Assembly: GCA_964595285.1 (NCBI GenBank)
Contig: CAZQPS010000016.1
Span: forward strand, 3,612 to 67,611
Source: an uncultured Dehalococcoidia bacterium
GTDB lineage: Bacteria > Chloroflexota > Dehalococcoidia > Lucifugimonadales > JADFKI01
DNA: 64,000 bases
Reading direction: 5' to 3'
A model generated the notes under the pieces. That model did not search any database. It was not told the origin of the DNA and was given only the letters and a program-made list of their open reading frames with translations. Made by a program: the position numbers and the translations under genes. This document shows, piece after piece, positions 29,005 through 37,888 of the stretch; the first letter of the stretch is position 1; every line of letters begins with the position of its first letter.

Positions 29005-29589
29005 GTGTTAAACTGGCTGGTCAAAATTCTTGTTGTTACCATGATGGTATTTGTTTCATGTAGTAGTGGTGATGATCCTCAACTAGTTGGCGTGAAAAAA
29101 CCAAGCTCTCCTGTATTGGAACAAACTCCAACCCCTTCTCCAGAAGACTATTTCACGGGGAGTTGGGCAACTGTTATTTCAGACATTGAATCTGGAGAGA
29201 CTGATGGTGTAATAGCCGTTGTCAGACAACTTAGGTTCACGACTCCGGATAGAATGTTGACTGAAATGTCTGATGCTGACAAGGCTAAGTTAGGTCTGGA
29301 AAATGTAACTTCACTAGTTGTTGTGCGTATAACAATTGAAAATAGCACGGACAAAGAGAAGAAATTTAATCCTTCCGACTTTGATAACATCCTGACTATC
29401 GAGGGTATTGATTATCGTCCGATACCGACGTTGTCAGGTAGGGAAGTAGTCATCTCTTCGGGTGAGAAATTAGGGTTTTCTATAGCGTTTCCTGTCGGTC
29501 ATTCGCTTGATGATTTCAACGAGTTGACGTTTAAACTAGATGAGCTAGAATTTTTGTATACTGATCTAATTCTTTCTCCACCGACCTAG
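29005..29589 (+). CDS. putative lipoprotein (DUF4352-like beta-sandwich)
   Basis: 194 aa. Hydrophobic leader ending in the lipobox-like FVSC-S. VVVRITIENSTDKEKKFNPSDFD...GIDYRP resembles DUF4352. Confidence 0.55.
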   Translation: MLNWLVKILVVTMMVFVSCSSGDDPQLVGVKKPSSPVLEQTPTPSPEDYFTGSWATVISDIESGETDGVIAVVRQLRFTTPDRMLTEMSDADKAKLGLENVTSLVVVRITIENSTDKEKKFNPSDFDNILTIEGIDYRPIPTLSGREVVISSGEKLGFSIAFPVGHSLDDFNELTFKLDELEFLYTDLILSPPT

Positions 29590-29631
29590 TGATCTTTCGA
29601 AAAGGGTGATTAACTGAATTTGCGGAAAAGC

Positions 29632-30840
29632 TTATAGTTTTACATCTAGTATGTTTGCAACTGTGTCAATATCTTTGTCACCTCGTCCGCTTAACCCGAC
29701 TAGTATAATTTTGTCATGTTCCAATGTTGGTGCGAGTTGAGAAACGTGGTAAATGGCATGTGCAGGCTCCAAGGCTGGTATTATTCCTTCTGTACTGCAT
29801 AGAAGTTGAAATCCTATCAGGGCTTCTTCATCTGACACGCTAACGTAACTGGCTCGGCTATTGTCTTTGAGCCAGCTATGTACGGGGCCTACTCCGGGAT
29901 AGTCAAGACCTGCAGATATGCTGTGAGTTTCCATAACTTGGCCATCTGAAGTTTGCAAAAGATAGGACATGCTTCCATGTAAAACGCCAATCTCGCCAGC
30001 AACCAATGTGGAGGAATGCTTACCAGTTGAAATTCCGTCGCCTCCTGCTTCGACACCTATTAATTTTACGCTGTCATCGGCGATAAATTCGTAGAACAAT
30101 CCCATTGCGTTACTACCTCCTCCCACACATGCCATTGCATAATCAGGAAGTCTGCCAATAGCTTCTTTAAGTTGTCGTTTTGCCTCTTCCCCAATTATTT
30201 TTTGAAAGTCTCTTACGATCATTGGATAGGGATGCGGTCCAACTACACTACCAATTAGATAGTGAGTAGTTTCAACATTAGTTACCCAGTCACGAATACA
30301 TTCGTTTATAGCATCTTTTAAAGTACGACTTCCGGAATCAACCGGTCTTACTTCCGCACCTAAAAGACGCATTCGAAATACGTTTAAGGCTTGTCTTTTT
30401 ATGTCCTCTTCGCCCATATAAACAATGCACTCTAGCCCTAGCATTGCACAAACCGTAGCTGTTGCAACACCATGTTGTCCCGCACCGGTTTCAGCTATGA
30501 TTCGGTTTTTGCCCATTCGTTTAGCCAGTAGCGCTTGCCCTAAAGCATTATTGATTTTATGTGCCCCTGTGTGAGCTAAGTCTTCTCTCTTAAGGAATAT
30601 TTGAGCCCCGCCCAACTCTTTTGTGAGGTTTTCGGCGTAGTAAAGGGATGTAGGCCTGCCAATATATTCCTTTCCAACCTTTGCGAGAATTGACTGGAAA
30701 TTAAGGTCGTGCTTAGCCTGTTCGTATTCATTTTCCAATTCTTCGATCGCACTCATTAGAGTTTCAGGCACAAAACGGCCGCCAAAATCGCCGAAGCGAC
30801 CCTTAGTATCTGGGAGTATATTTTTTGAATTCTTTGCCAT
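29632..30840 (-). CDS. trpB: tryptophan synthase beta subunit
   Basis: Motifs [25 protein letters not shown] (PLP lysine) and GGGSNAMG. Start placed at MAKNSKN (M8 of the track ORF). Confidence 0.93.
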   Translation of the reverse strand: MAKNSKNILPDTKGRFGDFGGRFVPETLMSAIEELENEYEQAKHDLNFQSILAKVGKEYIGRPTSLYYAENLTKELGGAQIFLKREDLAHTGAHKINNALGQALLAKRMGKNRIIAETGAGQHGVATATVCAMLGLECIVYMGEEDIKRQALNVFRMRLLGAEVRPVDSGSRTLKDAINECIRDWVTNVETTHYLIGSVVGPHPYPMIVRDFQKIIGEEAKRQLKEAIGRLPDYAMACVGGGSNAMGLFYEFIADDSVKLIGVEAGGDGISTGKHSSTLVAGEIGVLHGSMSYLLQTSDGQVMETHSISAGLDYPGVGPVHSWLKDNSRASYVSVSDEEALIGFQLLCSTEGIIPALEPAHAIYHVSQLAPTLEHDKIILVGLSGRGDKDIDTVANILDVKL

Positions 30841-31162
30841 TTTCCCCTCAGCAATTAGCACATAATTCTTTTGTTATTACTCAACAACTTTGCGCTGTTC
30901 CAATAATCTGTTTGTATCTGGCTCGTTGCATTGAGGAATTGGCACAGCTATAAGTTTGACCATAAGCTCTATATGTGATTTTAAACGAACGTTATGTTAA
31001 ATTCTATCATCCTCCTGCCGGTAATATGAAGGCAACCTAATTTGAATATTGCTGAATGGCAATCTCAATGACGGTTGAATGCAATGCCTTAGTCCCTCTA
31101 TAATCGCTTTGGTACTACCTATGGAATTTGGATGAATTACTTGTCATTGAAGGAGTCTTGAG

Positions 31163-31714
31163 ATGCTTGAGGGAACTATTAGTCGATTGCAGTTAGTGGA
31201 TCCTACCACGCACCCAGTTATTCCTGAATTTAGTGGTGCTCCTAGGGTGAATGACATGGCCAACGCAAGGGTTGGTATTATCGACGACAGCAAAGTAAAT
31301 GCCAAAGAATATCTACATGAATTAATTTCCTTGCTTAATGAACGATATGGTGTTTCGAATGTGGAATATCATGCGAAGCCTTCCGCATCAAGACCAGTTG
31401 ACCCAGATGTCATAAAAAAAATGGCCAAGGATTGCGATTATATAATCGCGGGAATTGGAGACTGAGGGTCCTGCAGCGCGTGCAGTGTGCACGATGGAAT
31501 ACATGCCGAGAACGCTGGTATCCCTTCCGTAACGATATGTACAGACTCCTTTGTACAAACTTCTAAAAGTATGGCTGCGATGTGGGGTTCCCCTGACTAT
31601 CCTGTAATCTTCACCCCTCATCCAATTGCGGGGCTAACTGCTGAGCAACTTAACGAAGATGCCAAGAACATCCTTGGGTCAGTTGTTGAAATCCTCACAG
31701 GTAGATCTGTGTAG
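31163..31714 (+). CDS. UGSC-motif selenoprotein candidate (in-frame TGA at 31463-31465 read as Sec), 183 aa
   Basis: Track ORFs 31163..31465 and 31487..31714 share a frame (offset 324 nt). The only stop between them is one TGA. Read-through gives ...DYIIAGIGD-U-GSCSACSVHDGIHAENAGIPSVTICTD.... The downstream ORF has no SD at usable spacing, and hairpins follow the TGA. AAGGAG lies upstream of ATG 31163. Confidence 0.7.
31466..31500 (+). promoter_or_regulatory. candidate bacterial SECIS hairpin(s) immediately 3' of the in-frame UGA
   Basis: Two mutually exclusive stems. The first is CUGCA-gcgcg-UGCAG (31471-31485). The second is CGUGCA-GUG-UGCACG (31479-31493), whose G/U-containing apical loop lies about 20 nt after the UGA. 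Confidence 0.45.
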
Positions 31715-31772
31715 ACCAAGAGCAACTAAATTTAGAAATGCTACTGACCCGGCTGGGTTTTGTGAGCCCTAT

Positions 31773-32516
31773 TTAAGATTGTAGGCTGTTAGACAGGAGT
31801 TTCGTAAGAAGCCAGAGTACAAATGAGGCTACGAGCGAAATGACAGCGATCAGTAATGTTGCCTCGAAGAAGAAGCCTTGCGGAAATATAGCTATTAAAT
31901 AGTCATGTCGCGGATCTAGTTGCCAAAAATCGTTACTAAAACTGACAATGTGAAATACAAGGAATAAACGATTAAAGCTGAACGCTACTAGTAGCCCGGT
32001 AAAGAGTATCGATATGAAAGTTATTAATGTGCCTATTCTCAGAAAATTAGTTAATTTTACCCGATATTTTAGGCCTCCAAAATAAAGTGCAACTCCGGCG
32101 AAACTCAGAATATATACGGCACTTATTTCGTTAACCAGATATAGTAGCCTTACGAGATGTTTAACGTCTTCCATGTGAATGATTTCTTTTTCGTTAAATA
32201 GACTTTCCTTTAATACGCCGTTGGTAAATGTCTTTATTACGAGGTCTTTTTCTTTGTTATTAAAATACTTTCTAATGCGTTCTCCGATTACTCTCAACTC
32301 ATCATTATGGATTCCCGTGTACTCTGCAATTTGATGTCTTTCAAACGCATAGTTGTAGAAAGTCGGGAAATTAATTACGAATCGCGCACTTGAACTGATC
32401 AACAACAGGGGTACAAATGCTACAAGGAGAAAGGAACTTACTCTCTTAACTGAAATCATTGCAATATCATACCATTCAACATAACGGTAGCCAATGATGC
32501 GGCGCATAAAGCGCAA
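31773..32516 (-). CDS. integral membrane protein, TIGR01906/DUF1461-like
   Basis: 247 aa in the track (TTG start). The real start is probably MISVKRV at 32459. Four or more TM segments, with motifs EKEIIHMEDVKHL and FPQGFF as I recall them for DUF1461. Confidence 0.65.
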   Translation of the reverse strand: MRFMRRIIGYRYVEWYDIAMISVKRVSSFLLVAFVPLLLISSSARFVINFPTFYNYAFERHQIAEYTGIHNDELRVIGERIRKYFNNKEKDLVIKTFTNGVLKESLFNEKEIIHMEDVKHLVRLLYLVNEISAVYILSFAGVALYFGGLKYRVKLTNFLRIGTLITFISILFTGLLVAFSFNRLFLVFHIVSFSNDFWQLDPRHDYLIAIFPQGFFFEATLLIAVISLVASFVLWLLTKLLSNSLQS

Positions 32517-32548
32517 TAGAGGAATACAAGACAGACGTTTAGCAGAAG

Positions 32549-32746
32549 ATGCTAGATTTCAGGGAGAGATGGGAGGCGAAGAAGAAGCTCAATAATCGTC
32601 GGGAACGCAAGTTTCCTATTATTCTTGCAATCCTAGTTACGTTGATTTGGTTTTACGAAAGTGGGCCCGAAAAGATAAAATATGTCAGTTATGAGTGGTA
32701 CGAGATACAACAATATGGGGCTGACGCACTGCACTATCCAGATTGA
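32549..32746 (+). CDS. small hypothetical membrane protein (65 aa)
   Basis: ATG-initiated ORF with a basic N-terminus and one TM (FPIILAILVTLIWF). No clear SD, so the call is weak. Confidence 0.3.
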   Translation: MLDFRERWEAKKKLNNRRERKFPIILAILVTLIWFYESGPEKIKYVSYEWYEIQQYGADALHYPD

Positions 32747-32899
32747 TTTGTCCTATAGGCATGAGGAATCTCTCTAGGAAGATTGGCAAGGTGTCGTGGA
32801 GAGTAGTAAGGGCAGAGAGAAGCCCTAGTGGTATTGCGAGTAAGTCCTCCGAACCCGATAATCGGATTATTTTTAGAGTGCAATTAATACAGGGGTTAA

Positions 32900-34558
32900 T
32901 TGATGATCGATGAAAGAGCTGATCTCTCATCACTAGAGAGTGAAATGTTTGACTTGGCCGTCGTTGGAGGAGGCATCATGGGGACGGGTATTGCCCGGGA
33001 CGCCTCTCTCCGAGGGTTACGTGTCTTACTTGTGGAGAAAGAGGACTTTGGTAGCGGGACAAGTTACCGGACTTCTCGTCTCATACACGGTGGCCTACGC
33101 TACCTGGCGCACTTGGACTTCAAGATAGTTAGAGATGACCTAAGAGAGAGAGGTCGTCTGTTGCGAAACGCCCCACATCTCGTAAGTCCATTGTCTTGCT
33201 TGATGCCGATTTATGGTCAGGGGTTACTGGATAGAATAATTCTCCGGGCTGGCCTAATGATATACGATTTATTGGCGTGGGGGAGTGGGTTGCCACGGCA
33301 TAAATGGCTGGGTTGCAACGAGATTCTTGATAGTGAGCCTGGTCTGGATCCCAAAGGACTTCGAGGTGGTTTTCTCTTCTACGATGCTCAGGCACCGCGA
33401 CCTGAACGCCTATGTCTCGAGAATGCCCTAGATGCAAGTGGTAATGGTGCCGCATTGGTGAACTACACTTCGGCTGTAGGGCTGATACGCGAAAAAGGAC
33501 GAGTTGTTGGGTTGGAGTTAGAGGATTTAGCGACGACAAAAAGACACCAGATTAGTGCTCGGCTAGTGGTAAATGCGGCTGGGCCATGGGCTGGTTTATT
33601 GCGTGATCTGGCTGGTGAAAAGCCTGCACCAATGGTTCGTACAACTCGTGGTGTCCACGTGATCGTTGATAAGTCTTCTAGTAATGGTATTGTCTTGACG
33701 GCCCGAACGGATGGACGGATATTCTTTGTTTTGCCATGGTTGGGCTATTCACTAATAGGTACGACCGATGTTGACGATTCGCGTGATCCTGACCACGTAC
33801 AGCCAGATACAGAAGACGTCACATATTTGATGGATGAGGTTAAGAGGTTTTTCCCGTCGTTGGGAAGTAATAACGTGTTGGGAGCCTATGCGGGCCTGAG
33901 GACGCTGTCTGACACCCATAGCGGCAAAGAATCGGACGTCTCTCGCCGTCCCAAAATCATTGATCATAGCGTGGACGGTGTCCCGGGCTTAATATCAATT
34001 GTGGGTGGGAAGCTCACAGCTTATCGTCAGATTTCCCAGGCAGCCACAGACTTAGTTTGCGGCCTTTTGGGTGTTCAGAGAAGGTGTCTTACCTTGGACC
34101 GTCCTTTACCAGGCTTCCTTGGGACAAATTTATCGTCATTACTGGACGAATTTAGGCAATTGGCTGAATCCTGTGGGATTTCAAAAGCTTCTGTTGAATA
34201 CCTGGTTCAATTATATGGTAGCCGTTATAGAGAAGTGCTTGCTATGGCTGATGAGAATCCTCGAGGCAGGACTGTTCTATGTCTCCACACGCCGGCAATT
34301 GTTGCCCAAGTATGGCATGCCGTTAATCATGAGTGGGCTCGGACTCCGGCCGACTTCCTCTTGCGGCGTACCTTGCTAGGCTTAACACCGCCATGCTTTG
34401 GCCTCGATGCTTTATCAATAGTGATAGATGAGATGGGACGGTGTCTTGGGTGGTCCGCGGAAGATAAGCGTAAACAGAAGAACACTTATCTGAATAACGT
34501 TAATCACGGGGGGTGGTTTCAGGTCAGAAACGGACCAAAAATATCAACTGATGATTGA
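32900..34558 (+). CDS. glpD: FAD-dependent glycerol-3-phosphate dehydrogenase
   Basis: 552 aa. Motif DLAVVGGGIMGTGIARDASLRGLRVLLVEKEDFGSGTSYRTSRLIHGGLRYL, plus a C-terminal GlpD alpha-helical domain. Confidence 0.88.
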   Translation: MMIDERADLSSLESEMFDLAVVGGGIMGTGIARDASLRGLRVLLVEKEDFGSGTSYRTSRLIHGGLRYLAHLDFKIVRDDLRERGRLLRNAPHLVSPLSCLMPIYGQGLLDRIILRAGLMIYDLLAWGSGLPRHKWLGCNEILDSEPGLDPKGLRGGFLFYDAQAPRPERLCLENALDASGNGAALVNYTSAVGLIREKGRVVGLELEDLATTKRHQISARLVVNAAGPWAGLLRDLAGEKPAPMVRTTRGVHVIVDKSSSNGIVLTARTDGRIFFVLPWLGYSLIGTTDVDDSRDPDHVQPDTEDVTYLMDEVKRFFPSLGSNNVLGAYAGLRTLSDTHSGKESDVSRRPKIIDHSVDGVPGLISIVGGKLTAYRQISQAATDLVCGLLGVQRRCLTLDRPLPGFLGTNLSSLLDEFRQLAESCGISKASVEYLVQLYGSRYREVLAMADENPRGRTVLCLHTPAIVAQVWHAVNHEWARTPADFLLRRTLLGLTPPCFGLDALSIVIDEMGRCLGWSAEDKRKQKNTYLNNVNHGGWFQVRNGPKISTDD

Positions 34559-34870
34559 TTGAGGATGTCTAAAATCGCTAATCTTATGTTGTATACATAG
34601 AGTTGGTTTTTAGTTTTGATATCAAATCAGGAATGGAATTAAAGTTCACAGGAAGGAACTTTGTAGAACAAATTTCACCATTTGCCATAGATGCAGGAAT
34701 AAAGATCGAGCTTAGCTACTAGTCACTCGTGTGTTTCTCTCAATGAACGTCATAGCTAGGCGCCTTCGTACTATCGAGAATCTTCGATAACGTTACTGAG
34801 ATGCTCAAGGTAAATAACTGAGAAAAATAGAATTCACTGGATATTTATCAGTGGAATATTGTAGTCCTAT

Positions 34871-35788
34871 CTAGTCCGGGAATATAGGCTGTGTCCATGC
34901 CATTTCACCAGATGACGATAAGACCGTAGCCCTAACATACCCTTCATTCCCAGTCGGACAGTACGAAGGCGTCAGCCCGTCGCATTGCTTTAAAAGTTTT
35001 CCGTCAAGACCACTGAAAGTTGTTTCATATACGAAATCGTTACTCTGGTTTATTTCGATTTCCAGTCCGATTTCTGACATCCGTAACTCAAGAAATTCCA
35101 CGCCGGTAGAGGCGTAGAAGTTACCTGCGGATAGAGAATCAATTATTGCTTCCTTAGTCAGTTCTTCGGCGCTTACAAATACCCATCCACGACCGGGGTT
35201 GCTCATTTCATAACTGAAGTCGTGGTAGTTATGTGAGTCGTCCGAGGCTACTCCAAAAATAGTCTTCCCAGAGGTTAGTACCTTATCCCATATGTCCGTC
35301 ACACTTGGTTTCCCTGCTCCACCAAGATTATTGGATAGGGGGTGGCCGTTGAATATTTCCAACAGACTGGCATTTTCTACCTGCTTTATTATGTTGTGAT
35401 CAAATGCCCAGACATAATTCGGATGGTTTATTGAGACTATACCACCGGCTTCTCGGATAGCGTCTACGTTAGCCTGTAAAGTGGAAAGAATATCTCCTGC
35501 ATCTATTGGCTCGACCAATCGAGAGATGCCTATACCATTTATGTGTACGGGTACTGTCCCTCCCAGGATTCTTGTAGTTACCTCTTCTCCCGGGATCATA
35601 ATTGGTCGAATAACATTTTCGTTGCTGGATCCGTACTCTAGGAGTGTCAGGTGGTTATGGTCGCTCAGTACCAAAAAATCATAGTTATGATCCTTATACC
35701 ACTGTGTGACAAATTCTGGATCAGCATCTCCGTCTGATTTGTTCGTGTGTGTGTGGATGTTTCCTTTGTACCACTTAAGCGCGCTCAT
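34871..35788 (-). CDS. PHP-domain (CehA/McbA-like) metallohydrolase
   Basis: 305 aa. Motifs KGNIHTHTNKSDGD, FLVLSDHN, INHPN and ASDDSHN, giving histidine/aspartate metal ligands in PHP order. Confidence 0.8.
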   Translation of the reverse strand: MSALKWYKGNIHTHTNKSDGDADPEFVTQWYKDHNYDFLVLSDHNHLTLLEYGSSNENVIRPIMIPGEEVTTRILGGTVPVHINGIGISRLVEPIDAGDILSTLQANVDAIREAGGIVSINHPNYVWAFDHNIIKQVENASLLEIFNGHPLSNNLGGAGKPSVTDIWDKVLTSGKTIFGVASDDSHNYHDFSYEMSNPGRGWVFVSAEELTKEAIIDSLSAGNFYASTGVEFLELRMSEIGLEIEINQSNDFVYETTFSGLDGKLLKQCDGLTPSYCPTGNEGYVRATVLSSSGEMAWTQPIFPD

Positions 35789-36141
35789 TATTTTAGAAAC
35801 CTCATATTTCGTATTGGTTACCCTCGTGGACAGTCCAGTTCCTAGACGTATTACAGTATTGATACGTTAATTGATTCCTTTCGTTGAGTAAATACCGCAA
35901 CTGGAAACCCGCGGAAAGACTAAGTCCATTGGAGATTATATTTAGGTATGATACTGAAGAGGAAAGCGAGCGTTGAACTGGCCGTCATTATGAGCGGCGT
36001 TTCACGGGCGGAATGAGCTAAGATATAGCGCTTAACTGGTGTGTAAAATAGTATACATCGGGAAATTCAAAGAGAAAATAAAGGCAGTCTCAACATGACA
36101 TGTAAGACGTTAACGCCTGTAACAGCGAAGCAAAATAATCT

Positions 36142-36183
36142 GTATAACAGTTGCAATAATCAACATTATTGCAACTGTTATAC
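36142..36183. repeat. perfect 19-bp-stem palindrome with a 4-nt centre (G-TATAACAGTTGCAATAAT-caac-ATTATTGCAACTGTTATA-C)
   Basis: Read directly from the sequence. It lies in the 485-bp divergent spacer between the PHP hydrolase gene and mazG, about 90 nt upstream of the mazG ATG. There is no U-run on the plus strand; a partial T-rich tract follows on the minus strand. Confidence 0.9.
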
Positions 36184-36273
36184 CATTCAACATAAGTGCC
36201 GTAGCACAACTTATAGAATTTCTAACTGTCCCTAAGCTTTGTTCTTGAGTCAAAGCAGATTGGAGTATGAGCT

Positions 36274-37065
36274 ATGCATCAATCAAATTTTCCTTCTACC
36301 TACGAAGGACTGATGGAGGTACTCGGGATATTGAGAGGTCCTGGAGGATGTCCTTGGGACAAAGAACAAACTCATGATTCCATGAAGAGTTCTCTTTTGG
36401 AAGAGTGTTACGAGCTTGTTGAAGCGATTGAAAAGCAAGATCTATCAGGCTTGATGGAAGAGGTGGGGGATGTCATATTAAATGCATTTTTTCACATTAA
36501 CATCGCGGAAGAGCAGATGGAGTTCAGACGAGAAGATATGTTTGGGTTCCTGATTTCCAAACTGGTGCGACGCCACCCTCATGTATTCTCAGATGTGGTG
36601 GTAGACGGTCCCGAACAAGTTCTAAAAAACTGGGACGAGTTAAAGAGTGCGGAGAGGGGTGGAAAAGGAGAGTCTATGTTGGAAAGTGTTCCAAAAGTCA
36701 TGCCAGCGTTGTCGTATGCGCAAACGATTCAGAGGCGAGCCGCGCGGGTTGGATTTGATTGGCCTGAATTTGATGGAGTATTAGACAAAATAACGGAAGA
36801 AATAAACGAATTAAGGAATGCTGACTCATTGGAAAAGAAACGTGAAGAGATGGGAGACTTATTATTTTCAATTGTTAATGCGTCTAGATGGTTGGATTTG
36901 GATGCGGAAGATAGTCTTCGTAGTTCTAACACAAAATTCTTTAAAAGATTTGCTTATATGGAAACGATTGCAAACGCACGTGGTGTCGCATTAAAAGAGA
37001 TTCCTCTGGGAGATAAAGAGATGTTGTGGTTAGAGGCCAAGGCGAACATAACAGATGAAAACTAA
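36274..37065 (+). CDS. mazG: nucleoside triphosphate pyrophosphohydrolase MazG
   Basis: 263 aa. Motif GCPWDKEQTHDSMKSSLLEECYELVEAIE and a second MazG repeat EEINELRNA...EEMGDLLFSIVN. Confidence 0.92.
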   Translation: MHQSNFPSTYEGLMEVLGILRGPGGCPWDKEQTHDSMKSSLLEECYELVEAIEKQDLSGLMEEVGDVILNAFFHINIAEEQMEFRREDMFGFLISKLVRRHPHVFSDVVVDGPEQVLKNWDELKSAERGGKGESMLESVPKVMPALSYAQTIQRRAARVGFDWPEFDGVLDKITEEINELRNADSLEKKREEMGDLLFSIVNASRWLDLDAEDSLRSSNTKFFKRFAYMETIANARGVALKEIPLGDKEMLWLEAKANITDEN

Positions 37066-37862
37066 TATTTTATTCGGTTGTCGGCAATACGACTCTCGAT
37101 GGTATCAATGACCGAGTCGACAAGCAGTGCTGCCGCAGGATTGACTAGCGTTTGGAAGATGCTTCGCTGAGGTCGCATAACCACTGGTCTTCTTGGCGCA
37201 TCCGCAATTTTTGCAGCTATATCGATAGAGTAGTCAAGATCCCCAATACCATCGACTAAGCCTAGTTGATGTGCCTTTGATGCCCAAAAAACTTCGCCTG
37301 TTGCTAATTCTTTGACTCGCTCTTTTTCCATTCCCCTGGCCTGCGAAACAATTTCTACGAAAGATTCATAAGATTCATCGATTAAAGATTGCATTTTTTC
37401 TTCTTCTTCGACAGAGCTATCTCGCCAGAAAGCCCCCATATCCTTGAATTTACCGCTTTTGTTCACACGAACTCCGATTCCAGTTCTTTGAAGGAGTTCT
37501 TGTAACGCAGGTCTAACTGATATTACACCGATTGAGCCTATGATCGAGCTAGGCGAAGCCACTATAGCCGTGCACGCACATGCGATGTAATATGCGCCTG
37601 AAGCTCCTAAGCCTCTTATTGAAGCTATCACAGGTTTGGATTCTGCAATTTTCAATATACTTCGGTACAGGTAATCTGACTCGGAAACTCCTCCACCCGG
37701 GGAATCTATGTCTAGAACTATCGCTCTAGTGGTAGTGTCTTTTTTGAGTTTTGAAAGAAGTTGTTCATATTGTGACGACTTTATCTGTCGGCCTATAGTG
37801 CCATAGAGTTCTACTACTGCGATTTTTTCACCGTACTGAGATAGAAGGTCCATTATAGACAT
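37062..37862 (-). CDS. sppA: signal peptide peptidase SppA, 36K type (S49 family)
   Basis: 266 aa. Motifs VLDIDSPGGGV, GLGASGAYYIACA and GEVFWASKAHQLGLVD. Its stop codon overlaps the mazG stop convergently by 4 nt. Confidence 0.88.
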   Translation of the reverse strand: MSIMDLLSQYGEKIAVVELYGTIGRQIKSSQYEQLLSKLKKDTTTRAIVLDIDSPGGGVSESDYLYRSILKIAESKPVIASIRGLGASGAYYIACACTAIVASPSSIIGSIGVISVRPALQELLQRTGIGVRVNKSGKFKDMGAFWRDSSVEEEEKMQSLIDESYESFVEIVSQARGMEKERVKELATGEVFWASKAHQLGLVDGIGDLDYSIDIAAKIADAPRRPVVMRPQRSIFQTLVNPAAALLVDSVIDTIESRIADNRIKY

Positions 37863-37888
37863 TTTGCTCCTTCAAAATATTTACGCAT

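Noticed and set aside
34559-34870. The 312-bp convergent spacer after glpD, scanned for an sRNA, a terminator or a small ORF (for example a 29-aa MELKFTGRNF... ORF).
   Set aside because: It contains only short 5-6-bp stems (TATCGA-gaatct-TCGATA; CACTG...CAGTG) without U-runs. The mini-ORFs lack ribosome-binding sites. Nothing is supportable without expression data.
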